43,233 bases of DNA, from positions 22,273 through 65,505 of the forward strand of contig JAGTQL010000001.1 in assembly GCA_018396555.1 (NCBI GenBank). Reading direction: 5' to 3'. Within the stretch, counting starts at the first letter, position 1. The number at the start of each line of letters is the position of its first letter. Origin of the DNA: Candidatus Bathyarchaeota archaeon (GTDB taxonomy: Archaea > Thermoproteota > Bathyarchaeia > Bathyarchaeales > DTEX01). The notes under the pieces were generated by a model. That model did not search any database. It saw only the letters and a program-made list of their open reading frames with translations, and was not told the DNA's origin. Shown piece after piece: positions 16,255 through 24,424 of this stretch. The position numbers and the translations under genes were made by a program.

Positions 16255-16761
16255 CTAGGATATAGCCAAAGTCCTAATGTATTCTTGGCCAGCGGAGGAG
16301 CGCAGCCGAACCTCAACGGTGACGCCGGGAGTGAAGGGCCAGCTGGGATCACCGTCACATTTCGGTATCTCAATTGTGAACTCCACGATCTGCCCAACAT
16401 TCAAGGCGACTCCCTTGTCGGGGTTAAACGGTTCACCGCCCGCTTTAACGGTGATTGATAAGCCTCCTCCATGTGCGTAGTGGCTGAATGGTTTACCATT
16501 TAACAGGACACCCTCTATTGATGTGTCAGCTGAGCCCACATTCTTTAATGATATGGTTACGATCCATCCCTCCCCGCCGCTGCTGAGGGGGCCGCCTGCC
16601 GCATGAGCGTTAACTATCTCTATTTTTTCATATCTTGTGTATAGCCCTGCTACGCCTCCCATCCAGTAAGCTATCGCAACCGCGGAGACAACTGTTGCGG
16701 CCACCATGAGTATTGTTGCGACGATCGGGCTTATGCCCTTCTTATCGGCGTATATGCTCAT
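16255..16761 (-). CDS. Archaeal type IV pilin-like protein, paralogue 2
   Basis: MSIYADKKG|ISPIVATILMVAATVVSAVAIAYW is the signal. Further on it reads LKNVGSADTSIEGVLLNGKP...VEVRLRSSAGQEY. The tracked ORF starts at 16797. Confidence 0.75.
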   Translation of the reverse strand: MSIYADKKGISPIVATILMVAATVVSAVAIAYWMGGVAGLYTRYEKIEIVNAHAAGGPLSSGGEGWIVTISLKNVGSADTSIEGVLLNGKPFSHYAHGGGLSITVKAGGEPFNPDKGVALNVGQIVEFTIEIPKCDGDPSWPFTPGVTVEVRLRSSAGQEYIRTLAIS

Positions 16762-16798
16762 ATATAATCCCGGCGTCAATATGTAATATGTAATCACA

Positions 16799-16816
16799 AA
16801 TATAAATATTTAATTA
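16799..16816 (-). promoter_or_regulatory. Conserved AT-rich promoter (TATA-like) motif upstream of pilin paralogue 2
   Basis: The plus-strand sequence AATATAAATATTTAATTA lies 38-55 nt upstream of the 16761 start. Confidence 0.45.
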
Positions 16817-16895
16817 CAATAAAATATATGTGTATGACATTTAATTATAATATTTAGCAAAAATATAGACGCTGAATCAGTTCCCCGAAAACTAC

Positions 16896-17375
16896 TTATT
16901 TCAGCGTTATCTCCTTCGAATATTCGCCGCCGCTGGAGCGCAGCCCAACCTTAAGGATCACATTGGAAGTGAAGGGCGCAGCGGACTTAACGGTTATGAC
17001 TAAATTTTTCTCCTCACCCGCCTTCAAAACTATGTTAATTTTGCTTAAGTCCACCACTGGGGAACCGCCCGCCTCAAGGGTCAGCCGCCATGGGTCGCCG
17101 GCGTAATTTGCGCAAGGCTCCTGATTTAGCAGGATGTTCTCTATCACTACGTCGGCTGAACCCGTATTCTTCACCTGTATCACTATCCTCCATCCACCGT
17201 CAGCGCTCTCCGCGTATACGCCAACTAATCTTATCTCCTCTTTTGAGTATGATCCCGCGGCGCCGCTCAGCCAGTATGCGATCGCTATCCCAATGAGGAT
17301 CAATATGGACACTAGGATAACCGACGCGATAAAAGCGCTTACACCGCTTCTGTCAGCGAACGGATGCTTAGGCAC
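16896..17375 (-). CDS. Archaeal type IV pilin-like protein, paralogue 3
   Basis: (V)PKHPFADRSG|VSAFIASVILVSILILIGIAIAYW is the signal. Further on it reads VKNTGSADVVIENILLNQEP...LKVGLRSSGGEY. I prefer the GTG start at 17375 by analogy with paralogues 1 and 2 and by promoter spacing. The tracked ATG is at 17405. Confidence 0.7.
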   Translation of the reverse strand: MPKHPFADRSGVSAFIASVILVSILILIGIAIAYWLSGAAGSYSKEEIRLVGVYAESADGGWRIVIQVKNTGSADVVIENILLNQEPCANYAGDPWRLTLEAGGSPVVDLSKINIVLKAGEEKNLVITVKSAAPFTSNVILKVGLRSSGGEYSKEITLK

Positions 17376-17440
17376 GTTTTTCCCCAAGAAAATAATAATA
17401 TGCAATCACTCTTATATATGTTTAAGAAACCGTCATACTG

Positions 17441-17458
17441 AAAATAAATATTTCTAAC
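17441..17458 (-). promoter_or_regulatory. Related AT-rich motif upstream of pilin paralogue 3
   Basis: AAAATAAATATTTCTAAC shares the core ATAAATATTT. It lies at a similar distance from the 17375 start. Confidence 0.35.
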
Positions 17459-18342
17459 AATCTTGCTTCGCGGCTTCTTTTTCACCTTCTCTCCACAGAG
17501 ACGTGGAAACTTAAGGTCTGTCTTTTGAATAGTCAACGGGTTTTAAGCTTCTCATTTCACCGATAAAGGACCGAACGATGCCTAAAACATCTGAAAACAC
17601 CCGTTCTCCCAATAGACTGAAAAACCATCCATCCCCCACTATAGAAACCTTAAGTTGCCATGTCTCCACACAGGTTCATTAGCATTTTATATGCGTATGC
17701 TTCAACCGCTGATTCCTTCCCATAAAGGTCTGGCGGGGACAGTTAACGGGATCATTATTGGAGCGAAAAAGAGATACAAGATTGCAGATCTGCAAAACCG
17801 GGATGTAAACGGTTGCGAATTTGAAGTTTGCAGTTAAAGTTTGCTCCTCTAGTCTGGACAGCATAAAAAATCTAGAGGGGGTATCAACTTTAGGAAGGAA
17901 AACCAGCCATAAAATTGCAATGTTGAACCGTATAGGCAGTAGGTAGAGTGCGCCGGATTGTTAGGGCGGATGCTCAGAGAGCTGGGATGAAGATTCTATA
18001 AACTATCCCTGGATGGCGTGGCTCCACCTATGTGAAGGGCTTCAGCGGATATGCAGCCGCTGCGTAATTGGGCGCACGCATGGTAAGATGCGACGTATGA
18101 GAAAGCTCGATGTGGAGATAACTATAAAAAAATATAAATGCAACCTTCAATGAAGAAATGAACAAACATGCGGGATTAAATTGTTGAAAAGCGAAGCGGA
18201 ATGTCTTATGCGCTTGTTGAAAATATTAGGCAGCGAGCTGGATACTTGCCCGCCGCAAGCTTCGGTTTTGCCAGCGGAGACCTCCTTTGAGAAAGAGCGT
18301 GATGCGCTTAAACAGCATGAAGCGGGCTGAGGAGGGCTGAAA

Positions 18343-18579
18343 ATGAGATGGGAAAAGCTGTTTTGCATATTATCAATAGCGCTGAATATTTTGGGATGCT
18401 GGGTGATGTGGGAAGCCGTTGTCCGCCCGCTGAGAAACATGGTTCCAGGAGGCTGGGATAAAGGTTTTCCCTCACCGTTTTACATTTTTGAGGCACCAAT
18501 CTGGTTCTGGCATGACCTGGCAATCACATTAATTTTAATTGGAACAGTAATACTCGCCTATCTTGCGTTTAAAGATTAG
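18343..18579 (+). CDS. Small hypothetical membrane protein (78 aa)
   Basis: It has two hydrophobic segments (LFCILSIALNILGCWVMW and LAITLILIGTVILAYLAF). GGAGGG lies 6 nt upstream of the ATG. I recognised no family. Confidence 0.35.
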   Translation: MRWEKLFCILSIALNILGCWVMWEAVVRPLRNMVPGGWDKGFPSPFYIFEAPIWFWHDLAITLILIGTVILAYLAFKD

Positions 18580-18594
18580 ACACTCGCTTAGAAA

Positions 18595-18664
18595 GATACT
18601 GTCAAGTTAAGCCCATTTATTTAAATACTCCTTTATAAGTACAGTATCTTAACTTGACAGTATC
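18595..18664. promoter_or_regulatory. Perfect 17-bp inverted repeat with a 36-nt AT-rich spacer, upstream of the FeS-AOR operon
   Basis: GATACTGTCAAGTTAAG (18595-18611) pairs with CTTAACTTGACAGTATC (18648-18664). The spacer contains TTTATTTAAATA. The flanking direct repeat CGCTTAGAAA lies at 18584-18593 and 18664-18673. Confidence 0.5.
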
Positions 18665-18736
18665 GCTTAGAAAAGGCAATATCCTTAAATAATTAATTGA
18701 TGCTCAAATAGTTTCTTTTTGAGGCGAACACCAATT

Positions 18737-19279
18737 ATGGAGAGGGGAAAAAGAATAGTATGGATCGTCAGAGACTACTTGAAATGCACTGGATGCAGAA
18801 GATGCGAAATCGCCTGCTCCCTAACCCATGAGGGATGGATATGGCCTGAGGCTTCAAGGATAAGGGTCTTTATGCTTGCCCCCGGAGTTGAGGTCCCGCA
18901 TCTATGTGCCCAATGCCACGATTATCCATGCGTTGAAGCATGCCCAGTTGGAGCGCTGACAGTTGATGATGCGACAGGCGCTGTTTTAGTCACCAGGGAT
19001 AAATGCACCGGCTGCGGAGTATGCATACATAAGTGCCCTGGAAACATACCTTTCCTCCATCCCAAGGATGGGAAAGCAACGATATGCGACCTTTGCGGCG
19101 GAGAACCGCAATGCGCCAAGGTATGCCAAGAGGCCAAATTTAACGCCCTCTGGACCGTTAGGGAGGAAAGAGTCGGCTGGGGAAGCATAAACAGGAAACT
19201 CTTCGCCAGACCGCCTGAGGAACTCACAGAGGATGTTGCAATAAACCTTTATGGAGAAAAGTCCGAGGAGATGATCTAG
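18737..19279 (+). CDS. 4x[4Fe-4S] ferredoxin-type (DmsB-like) electron-transfer subunit
   Basis: There are four Cys clusters: CTGCRRCEIAC, CAQCHDYPCVEAC, CTGCGVCIHKC and CDLCGGEPQCAKVC. I chose the ATG at 18737; the tracked ORF uses TTG at 18719. The stop abuts the AOR start codon. Confidence 0.85.
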   Translation: MERGKRIVWIVRDYLKCTGCRRCEIACSLTHEGWIWPEASRIRVFMLAPGVEVPHLCAQCHDYPCVEACPVGALTVDDATGAVLVTRDKCTGCGVCIHKCPGNIPFLHPKDGKATICDLCGGEPQCAKVCQEAKFNALWTVREERVGWGSINRKLFARPPEELTEDVAINLYGEKSEEMI

Positions 19280-21121
19280 ATGCCGAGAGGATATGCAGGT
19301 AAATTCCTTGAAATTGACTTGTCCTCAGGGAGCATAAAAGACACGGTCTTCAGCGATGAGATATTGAAGAACTACGTTGGAGGCAGAGGCTTAGCCTCAA
19401 AAATCCTTTGGGACAGGCTTGGACAAAGATGGGAAACCGTGGATCCGCTCGGGCCAGAGAACATTTTCCTAGCCCTAACCGGACCGTTAACGGGCATAAA
19501 CCCAGGCGCTAGGATATGCATATCGGGCAAGAGCCCGCAATGCAACGGGATTATTGGATCAACATTAAGCGGGGAGTTCCCTGTGGATCTTAGATGCGCT
19601 GGCTACGACGGGGTAATAGTTACGGGCAAAGCCGAGAAGCCTGTCTACATCCTCGTAACAGATGATCATGCTGAAACCAGAAGCGCCGAGCACGTATGGG
19701 GTAAGGAGGCCATAGAAACAATAAGAGCCCTAGTGAAGGAAACCCGCGATCTGCTTAAAGAGAGAAAACCCAATGTGGGAAAAATTAAGGAGCCATCCAT
19801 GATATATTGCGGTCCAGCCGGCGAAAGCATGGTTAGGACGGCTGCTGTAATGCAGAAGATCAGCCACGCCGCCGGATACGGCGGATACGGCGCAGTCATG
19901 GGCTCAAAGAACCTTAAGGCTATAGTTGCCAAGGGAACCAAGCCCCTGCCAAGCGCGGCTAACCCCGAAACAGTGAAGATCCTACTGAGGGAAATCGATA
20001 GGAGGCTTATTGAAAGGGATAGGATGAGGCGTTGGGGAACCGGCTACGGCGGATATGAAGTAGGCGCGAGGCAAAGCTCTGAGCCTATTAGAAATTGGCA
20101 GGAGGAATGGCATAATGAGGAAAGATTCGGCGGGCCTAAATTCGACTTAAGATACTGGGTTAAAAGATACTGGGGAGACTTCAACTGCTCAGCATGCTGC
20201 ATGAAAATATCCGTTATTAAAGCCGGGCCATATAAGGGGGCCATCACGGATGACCCTGATTACGAGATGCAAGCCTACCTCGGACCGAACCTGGGAATAT
20301 TCGACCCGGACAAATGCATATACCTCTCGGCTCTAATGGACTACTTAGGTTTCTCAGGCATAAACGGAGGCAACACGCTTGCCTTCGCGGCTGAACTATA
20401 CGAGAGGGGGATACTCACCAAGGAAGATCTAGGCTTCGAGCTGAAGTGGGGAGACGTAGAAGCATTCGAGAATCTTGCGAGGAAAATAGTTAAGCGTGAG
20501 GGAATATGCGACATACTTGCCGAGGGAACGTATAGGGCGGCTCTCAAAATATCTGAAATGAAGGGCGTAGACGCAGTTAAATACGCTGTGCACGTTAAAG
20601 GCGTTGAGGTAGGCGCCCATGGAACAAGAAGCGGATTGGACTATAACCCAATTGGATACGCATGCTCAGCCCAATGCGGAGACCACACTTCGGGAGTCTA
20701 CGACGCATATAACGACATGGGAATGGTCTTCCTAGACTCGGCGGTGATATGCAGCTTCTGCTCCCATGAACTCATCTGGGACCTCTATAGGGCAGTCACA
20801 GGATGGGAAACCACGCGGGACGAATGGAACAGGGTTCTAGGACGAAGAATAATCCAAATCCAAAGGGCAACCCTCCTCCTGGGAGGACCGGACATATTCT
20901 GGGATCCAACGCTGCATGATGACAACCCCCCCAGATTCTATGAGCCGCTCCCCTCAGGCCCCTTCAAAGGTAAAACCACAGATAGAAAAACCTTCGAGGA
21001 GATGAGGAAGCAATATTACAAAGCAATCGGCTGGGACGGAAAGGGGATTCCGGAAACCGAAGAACTTAGGAAACTGGGACTTGAAGACATTGATAAAGCC
21101 CTGGAAAAACTAAGAAAATAG
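19280..21121 (+). CDS. aor: Aldehyde:ferredoxin oxidoreductase family (tungstopterin) enzyme
   Basis: 613 aa. MPRGYAGKFLEIDLSSGSIKD...YVGGRGLASKILWD is the AOR N-terminal domain signature. The length and downstream motifs are consistent with the AOR/FOR/WOR family. Confidence 0.9.
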   Translation: MPRGYAGKFLEIDLSSGSIKDTVFSDEILKNYVGGRGLASKILWDRLGQRWETVDPLGPENIFLALTGPLTGINPGARICISGKSPQCNGIIGSTLSGEFPVDLRCAGYDGVIVTGKAEKPVYILVTDDHAETRSAEHVWGKEAIETIRALVKETRDLLKERKPNVGKIKEPSMIYCGPAGESMVRTAAVMQKISHAAGYGGYGAVMGSKNLKAIVAKGTKPLPSAANPETVKILLREIDRRLIERDRMRRWGTGYGGYEVGARQSSEPIRNWQEEWHNEERFGGPKFDLRYWVKRYWGDFNCSACCMKISVIKAGPYKGAITDDPDYEMQAYLGPNLGIFDPDKCIYLSALMDYLGFSGINGGNTLAFAAELYERGILTKEDLGFELKWGDVEAFENLARKIVKREGICDILAEGTYRAALKISEMKGVDAVKYAVHVKGVEVGAHGTRSGLDYNPIGYACSAQCGDHTSGVYDAYNDMGMVFLDSAVICSFCSHELIWDLYRAVTGWETTRDEWNRVLGRRIIQIQRATLLLGGPDIFWDPTLHDDNPPRFYEPLPSGPFKGKTTDRKTFEEMRKQYYKAIGWDGKGIPETEELRKLGLEDIDKALEKLRK

Positions 21122-21171
21122 GCACGTGGAAAATCCACCCTTATTTTTTATATATTTGCGGCGGATCCACC

Positions 21172-21462
21172 ATGAAAATAGAAGTCAGGGTTTTCGGGGA
21201 CCTCATAGATTTCCTAGGCAGCAGCAAATTAACCATCGAGCTAGGGGAAGGAGCCAAAGTCGCCGACTTAATCTCAAAGATGGCTGAAGTAAAAGCTGGA
21301 TTCAGGGAGAAAATGGAGGTCTTATCTAGAAGGCGGGGCGCAACGGACTACGGCTTAACAATACTCGTGAATGGAAAAAACATAAATGTCCTAAATGGCT
21401 TGGAGACGCAGCTGAAAGACGGCGACACCGTGGTCTTTTTGCCGCCAGTCGCCGGGGGATAA
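21172..21462 (+). CDS. MoaD/ThiS-family small sulfur-carrier-like protein
   Basis: 96 aa. It has a beta-grasp-like pattern, VNGKNI...LKDGDTVVFLPPVAGG, with a C-terminal Gly-Gly. Confidence 0.75.
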   Translation: MKIEVRVFGDLIDFLGSSKLTIELGEGAKVADLISKMAEVKAGFREKMEVLSRRRGATDYGLTILVNGKNINVLNGLETQLKDGDTVVFLPPVAGG

Positions 21463-21469
21463 TCAAGCG

Positions 21470-21490
21470 TTAAACCAGGTTTTGGTTTAA
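21470..21490. terminator. Short hairpin between convergent genes
   Basis: TTAAACCA-ggttt-TGGTTTAA is an 8-bp stem. It sits between the MoaD-like stop (21462) and the amidohydrolase stop (21523). Confidence 0.3.
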
Positions 21491-21522
21491 ACTTAACCCG
21501 CAGCTTCACCCTTCTTAAAGCA

Positions 21523-22665
21523 TCAATATGGAGAGGTTAGGACGATTTCCCCATCCTTAATGACTTTTATAACGCTTAATTTTCGCTTACAGACCCTCCG
21601 TTCGCCAGCTGCATCCGCAAGTGGGAAACTTCCCTCCTCAAGCCTTAATACGGCAATGTCCCCGCATGCCCCAGGCCTCAGAGTCCCAATAAAGTTTTCC
21701 CGACCTAGAACCTCAGCCGGCTTAGCCGTCACCGCCCTCACAACTTCCTCAAGGGATAAACCCAAATATAGAAATTTCGACATGGTTGTGGGCAGATCGT
21801 AAACTGGACCCTCGTAGCTCCCACTATGAAGGTCGGTGCTTATCGTATCCGGCTTTACTCCCTGCTCCAAACCCTTCTCGGCGACAGACCATCTGAAGCT
21901 AGCCGCTCCATGGCCGACGTCTAAAATCACACCGCGCCTTACAGCCTCAAAAAATTCAGGCTGAACACGCCCCTTCTCATCCAGCAGCCCATCATGCTGC
22001 TCAATACGTAAACCATGATAGAGATGCGTCACCACATCGCCCTTCCTCAGATATTTCAGAGTCTCAGGCTGAAGATGATTCTCAACCATCAGAAGGCATC
22101 CGGCCCTGTCCGCAGCCTCCCTAGCTAACTTAACCCCTTCAATCCCATGATGAGCCCACTTTATTCCCAAAACAACATCCCGATTCCGCCTAATCAAATC
22201 CACAGTTCCATCAACATTAATGAACATGTCATCGCGACCAGCTATCAGGCCAGCCCACCTTTGATTAGGACGGGAAAACTCTATCATGCCCTGAGACTCA
22301 ATATTCAATAGGGCGTAAACCCTAGTTTTAACATTCCCAATCACATACCTCCTAAAGCCCATGAAATTCAACTCACCGGTTGAACCCGCATCCAGAACCG
22401 TGGTGCTGCCCTTAGCCAGACAGGCCAAATCAGGATTAACCGCGAGATAAGCGATCCCATAGCAGCAGTGAACGTGAAGGTCAATCAGCCCAGGCGTAAC
22501 TATTGCACCCGAAGCGTCGATCACGCGCCTCGAACCGGAGGCGTTTATTCCCCTCCGCAGATCAGCAATCACACCGTCTAATACGGCAACATCCATCACC
22601 TCCTTTATTCCCTGAGATGGATCCATGACCAAACCGTTTTTTATAACAATATCATAGCCGCTCAT
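21523..22665 (-). CDS. Amidohydrolase-superfamily metallohydrolase (dihydroorotase/deacetylase-like)
   Basis: IVIKNGLVMDP...VLDGVIADL...IDASGAIVTPGLIDLHVHCCYG carries the H-x-H metal motif. Further on are HH and D motifs (KWAHHGIEG, STDLHSG). Confidence 0.8.
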   Translation of the reverse strand: MSGYDIVIKNGLVMDPSQGIKEVMDVAVLDGVIADLRRGINASGSRRVIDASGAIVTPGLIDLHVHCCYGIAYLAVNPDLACLAKGSTTVLDAGSTGELNFMGFRRYVIGNVKTRVYALLNIESQGMIEFSRPNQRWAGLIAGRDDMFINVDGTVDLIRRNRDVVLGIKWAHHGIEGVKLAREAADRAGCLLMVENHLQPETLKYLRKGDVVTHLYHGLRIEQHDGLLDEKGRVQPEFFEAVRRGVILDVGHGAASFRWSVAEKGLEQGVKPDTISTDLHSGSYEGPVYDLPTTMSKFLYLGLSLEEVVRAVTAKPAEVLGRENFIGTLRPGACGDIAVLRLEEGSFPLADAAGERRVCKRKLSVIKVIKDGEIVLTSPY

Positions 22666-23795
22666 CCCAAAATCGCCCTCAAAATCTCCCTTATCCTACA
22701 TGCTATCGTCTCCCACTCCCCATCCTGGAGACATTGAGGATTCACAATCACACCGTCCTCATCGAGAAGCGTATATATGGGCGGATCCCCCTCTAAAAGA
22801 AGCCTATGAAGATCCCTAGCGGATAAACCCAGATGGCCCCAATTCAAGATTATCTTCGCCCTGGGCCAACCCTGAGCCGAATACTCATGCCTAGACGGAT
22901 CAGGCATCAGCCTCTCGATCCTAACGTTTCCATCGGAGAGCTCTCTAATGAAAAACTGAACGATCTCCTCCCACCTGCGCTTTCTAGCCTCAACAGCCTC
23001 AGGAGTATAATGCCTCAAAGCCACAACGAGTCCAACTATATCCTCCTTACTCACCTTCATCGGCCTACCCATGTAATGATGAGGGCAGCCGTGAGCCGCA
23101 ACCGCCCTTATAAGATCAGCCCTACCCACTATGAAGCCCGTGTCATTCGGCCCGCGTATATCCTTCCCACCGCTGAAGGCAACGAGGTCAGCTCCAGCCG
23201 CCACTATCTCGCGCAGATTCTCAATTGGAGGAAGCTCAGCTGCGGCGTCCACAATAACGGGTATATTATGCTTCTTTCCAACCTTAACAACTTCTCTCAA
23301 CGCTTCCAGATCGCACCCCCTCTTCGAGGTGAAGAACATGAAGGCTATGGCCACCGTTTTCTCACTGATCGCCCCCTCGATATCTTCCGGGGAAAAACCC
23401 TCCTCAGATCCCACCCTAACTATTTTTGCGCATGGAATAGCGAGATTACGACAGTAGGGATTATCATGCAGAGCAGGCAGAATAACCTCATTCCTAAAGC
23501 CCTGAACATAGGGCATTTTAGCCATCTTCTCCGGGTCATCACCAGTCATGCACGCCGCAACGGCCAAGACTAAAGCGGCCGCAGCCCCAGAGGTAACATA
23601 GGCAGCTTCAGCGCCGGTTATTTCAGCTATAATTTCACCAGCCCTCCTCTGAAGATCCTCCATGTTTACGAAAGCCTTAGCGGCCTCACGCATCGCTTCA
23701 AGAGCTTCAGGCAATATTATGGAGCCGCCTAAGAAAGTGTAGGTCCCCATAGCGTTAATGACCCGCTTAACCCCCAAAGCGTCATAGACGCTCAT
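22662..23795 (-). CDS. SelA-like / DgaE-like PLP-dependent enzyme (fold type I)
   Basis: MSVYDALGVKRVINAMGTYTFLGGSI...VTSGAAAALVLAVAAC...VIVDAAAELPP...GADLVAFSGGKDIRGPNDTGFIVGR carries the SGGK PLP-lysine context of the SelA-like family. Its stop overlaps the amidohydrolase start (ATGA). Confidence 0.75.
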   Translation of the reverse strand: MSVYDALGVKRVINAMGTYTFLGGSIILPEALEAMREAAKAFVNMEDLQRRAGEIIAEITGAEAAYVTSGAAAALVLAVAACMTGDDPEKMAKMPYVQGFRNEVILPALHDNPYCRNLAIPCAKIVRVGSEEGFSPEDIEGAISEKTVAIAFMFFTSKRGCDLEALREVVKVGKKHNIPVIVDAAAELPPIENLREIVAAGADLVAFSGGKDIRGPNDTGFIVGRADLIRAVAAHGCPHHYMGRPMKVSKEDIVGLVVALRHYTPEAVEARKRRWEEIVQFFIRELSDGNVRIERLMPDPSRHEYSAQGWPRAKIILNWGHLGLSARDLHRLLLEGDPPIYTLLDEDGVIVNPQCLQDGEWETIACRIREILRAILG

Positions 23796-23826
23796 TTCAG
23801 CCCCAGCCTGATGCGCTCAGAAACCC

Positions 23827-24207
23827 TTAACTTGGCTTATAGGCAATAGCATCGATCTCCACAAGAACATTCTCTCCAGGCCTAGGAATCTTCGAAACTT
23901 GGACGCATGTTCTGGCCGGCGGAACCTTAAAGTATAAACCATAAACCTCATTCATCTCACTATAATTGTTCATGTCGGTTAGGAAGACGGTGCATTTCAA
24001 AACGTTCTCCAGGCTGCTTCCAGCCTCCTCAAGTATAGCCTTCATGGACTCCATAACCCTCCGCGTCTGCTCCCTTATCCCGCCCTCAACAACCTTTCCG
24101 GTTTCCGGATCATGAGGACCTATGCCTGAAATAAACAGCAAATCTCCGAAGACAACCGCCCTAGAAAGGAATTTACCTTGCCCCAGAGCCTTCTTGCCTT
24201 TAGACAT
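23827..24207 (-). CDS. ridA: RidA / YjgF / L-PSP family enamine-imine deaminase
   Basis: AVVFGDLLFISGIGPHDPETGKVVEGGIREQTRRVMESMKAILEEAGSSLENVLKCTVFLTDMNNYSEMNEVY...PARTCVQVSKIP. I chose the ATG at 24207, preceded by GGAGGT. Confidence 0.85.
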   Translation of the reverse strand: MSKGKKALGQGKFLSRAVVFGDLLFISGIGPHDPETGKVVEGGIREQTRRVMESMKAILEEAGSSLENVLKCTVFLTDMNNYSEMNEVYGLYFKVPPARTCVQVSKIPRPGENVLVEIDAIAYKPS

Positions 24208-24424
24208 AAATTTAACCTCCACAATTCCGCTGAAATAGATTTAATTGCCACATGTAAATAAGGCTTAAGTAATTAATTCTTAACTTAAAATCTATTTAGA
24301 GGAGCCCAAACCTAATAAGGAGTGATATGAAAAGAAAAGACGGGAAATAGCTTAATGCGCTACTGTGGTGGTGTCAAGCTTGGTTCTGCCAGCTAAAGTA
24401 TTCGAGATAAAAGAGGAGGTTAAT

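Noticed and set aside
3203-18000. Search for a direct repeat of the tRNA-Arg 3' end (attR) to delimit the island
   Set aside because: I saw no second copy of TTCAAATCCCAGCGGGCCCGCCA, or of at least 12 nt of it, on either strand. The closest is CAAATCCC at about 32020. I therefore do not claim exact island boundaries.
18013-18153. 46-aa Cys-containing ORF (MAWLHLCEGLQRICSRCVIGRTHGK...)
   Set aside because: It has no RBS, no recognisable motif beyond three Cys residues, and sits in a region with many random short ORFs. I mention it only under the ORF-poor-region finding.
19666-20620. Minus-strand ORFs inside the AOR gene
   Set aside because: They are antisense shadows with no motifs. The plus-strand frame is a full-length AOR-family protein.
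22833-23573. 246-aa plus-strand ORF, and 23131-23457
   Set aside because: They are antisense to the SelA-like PLP enzyme gene, which has clear family motifs. Their translations are Ser/Arg/Leu/Pro-rich and motif-free.
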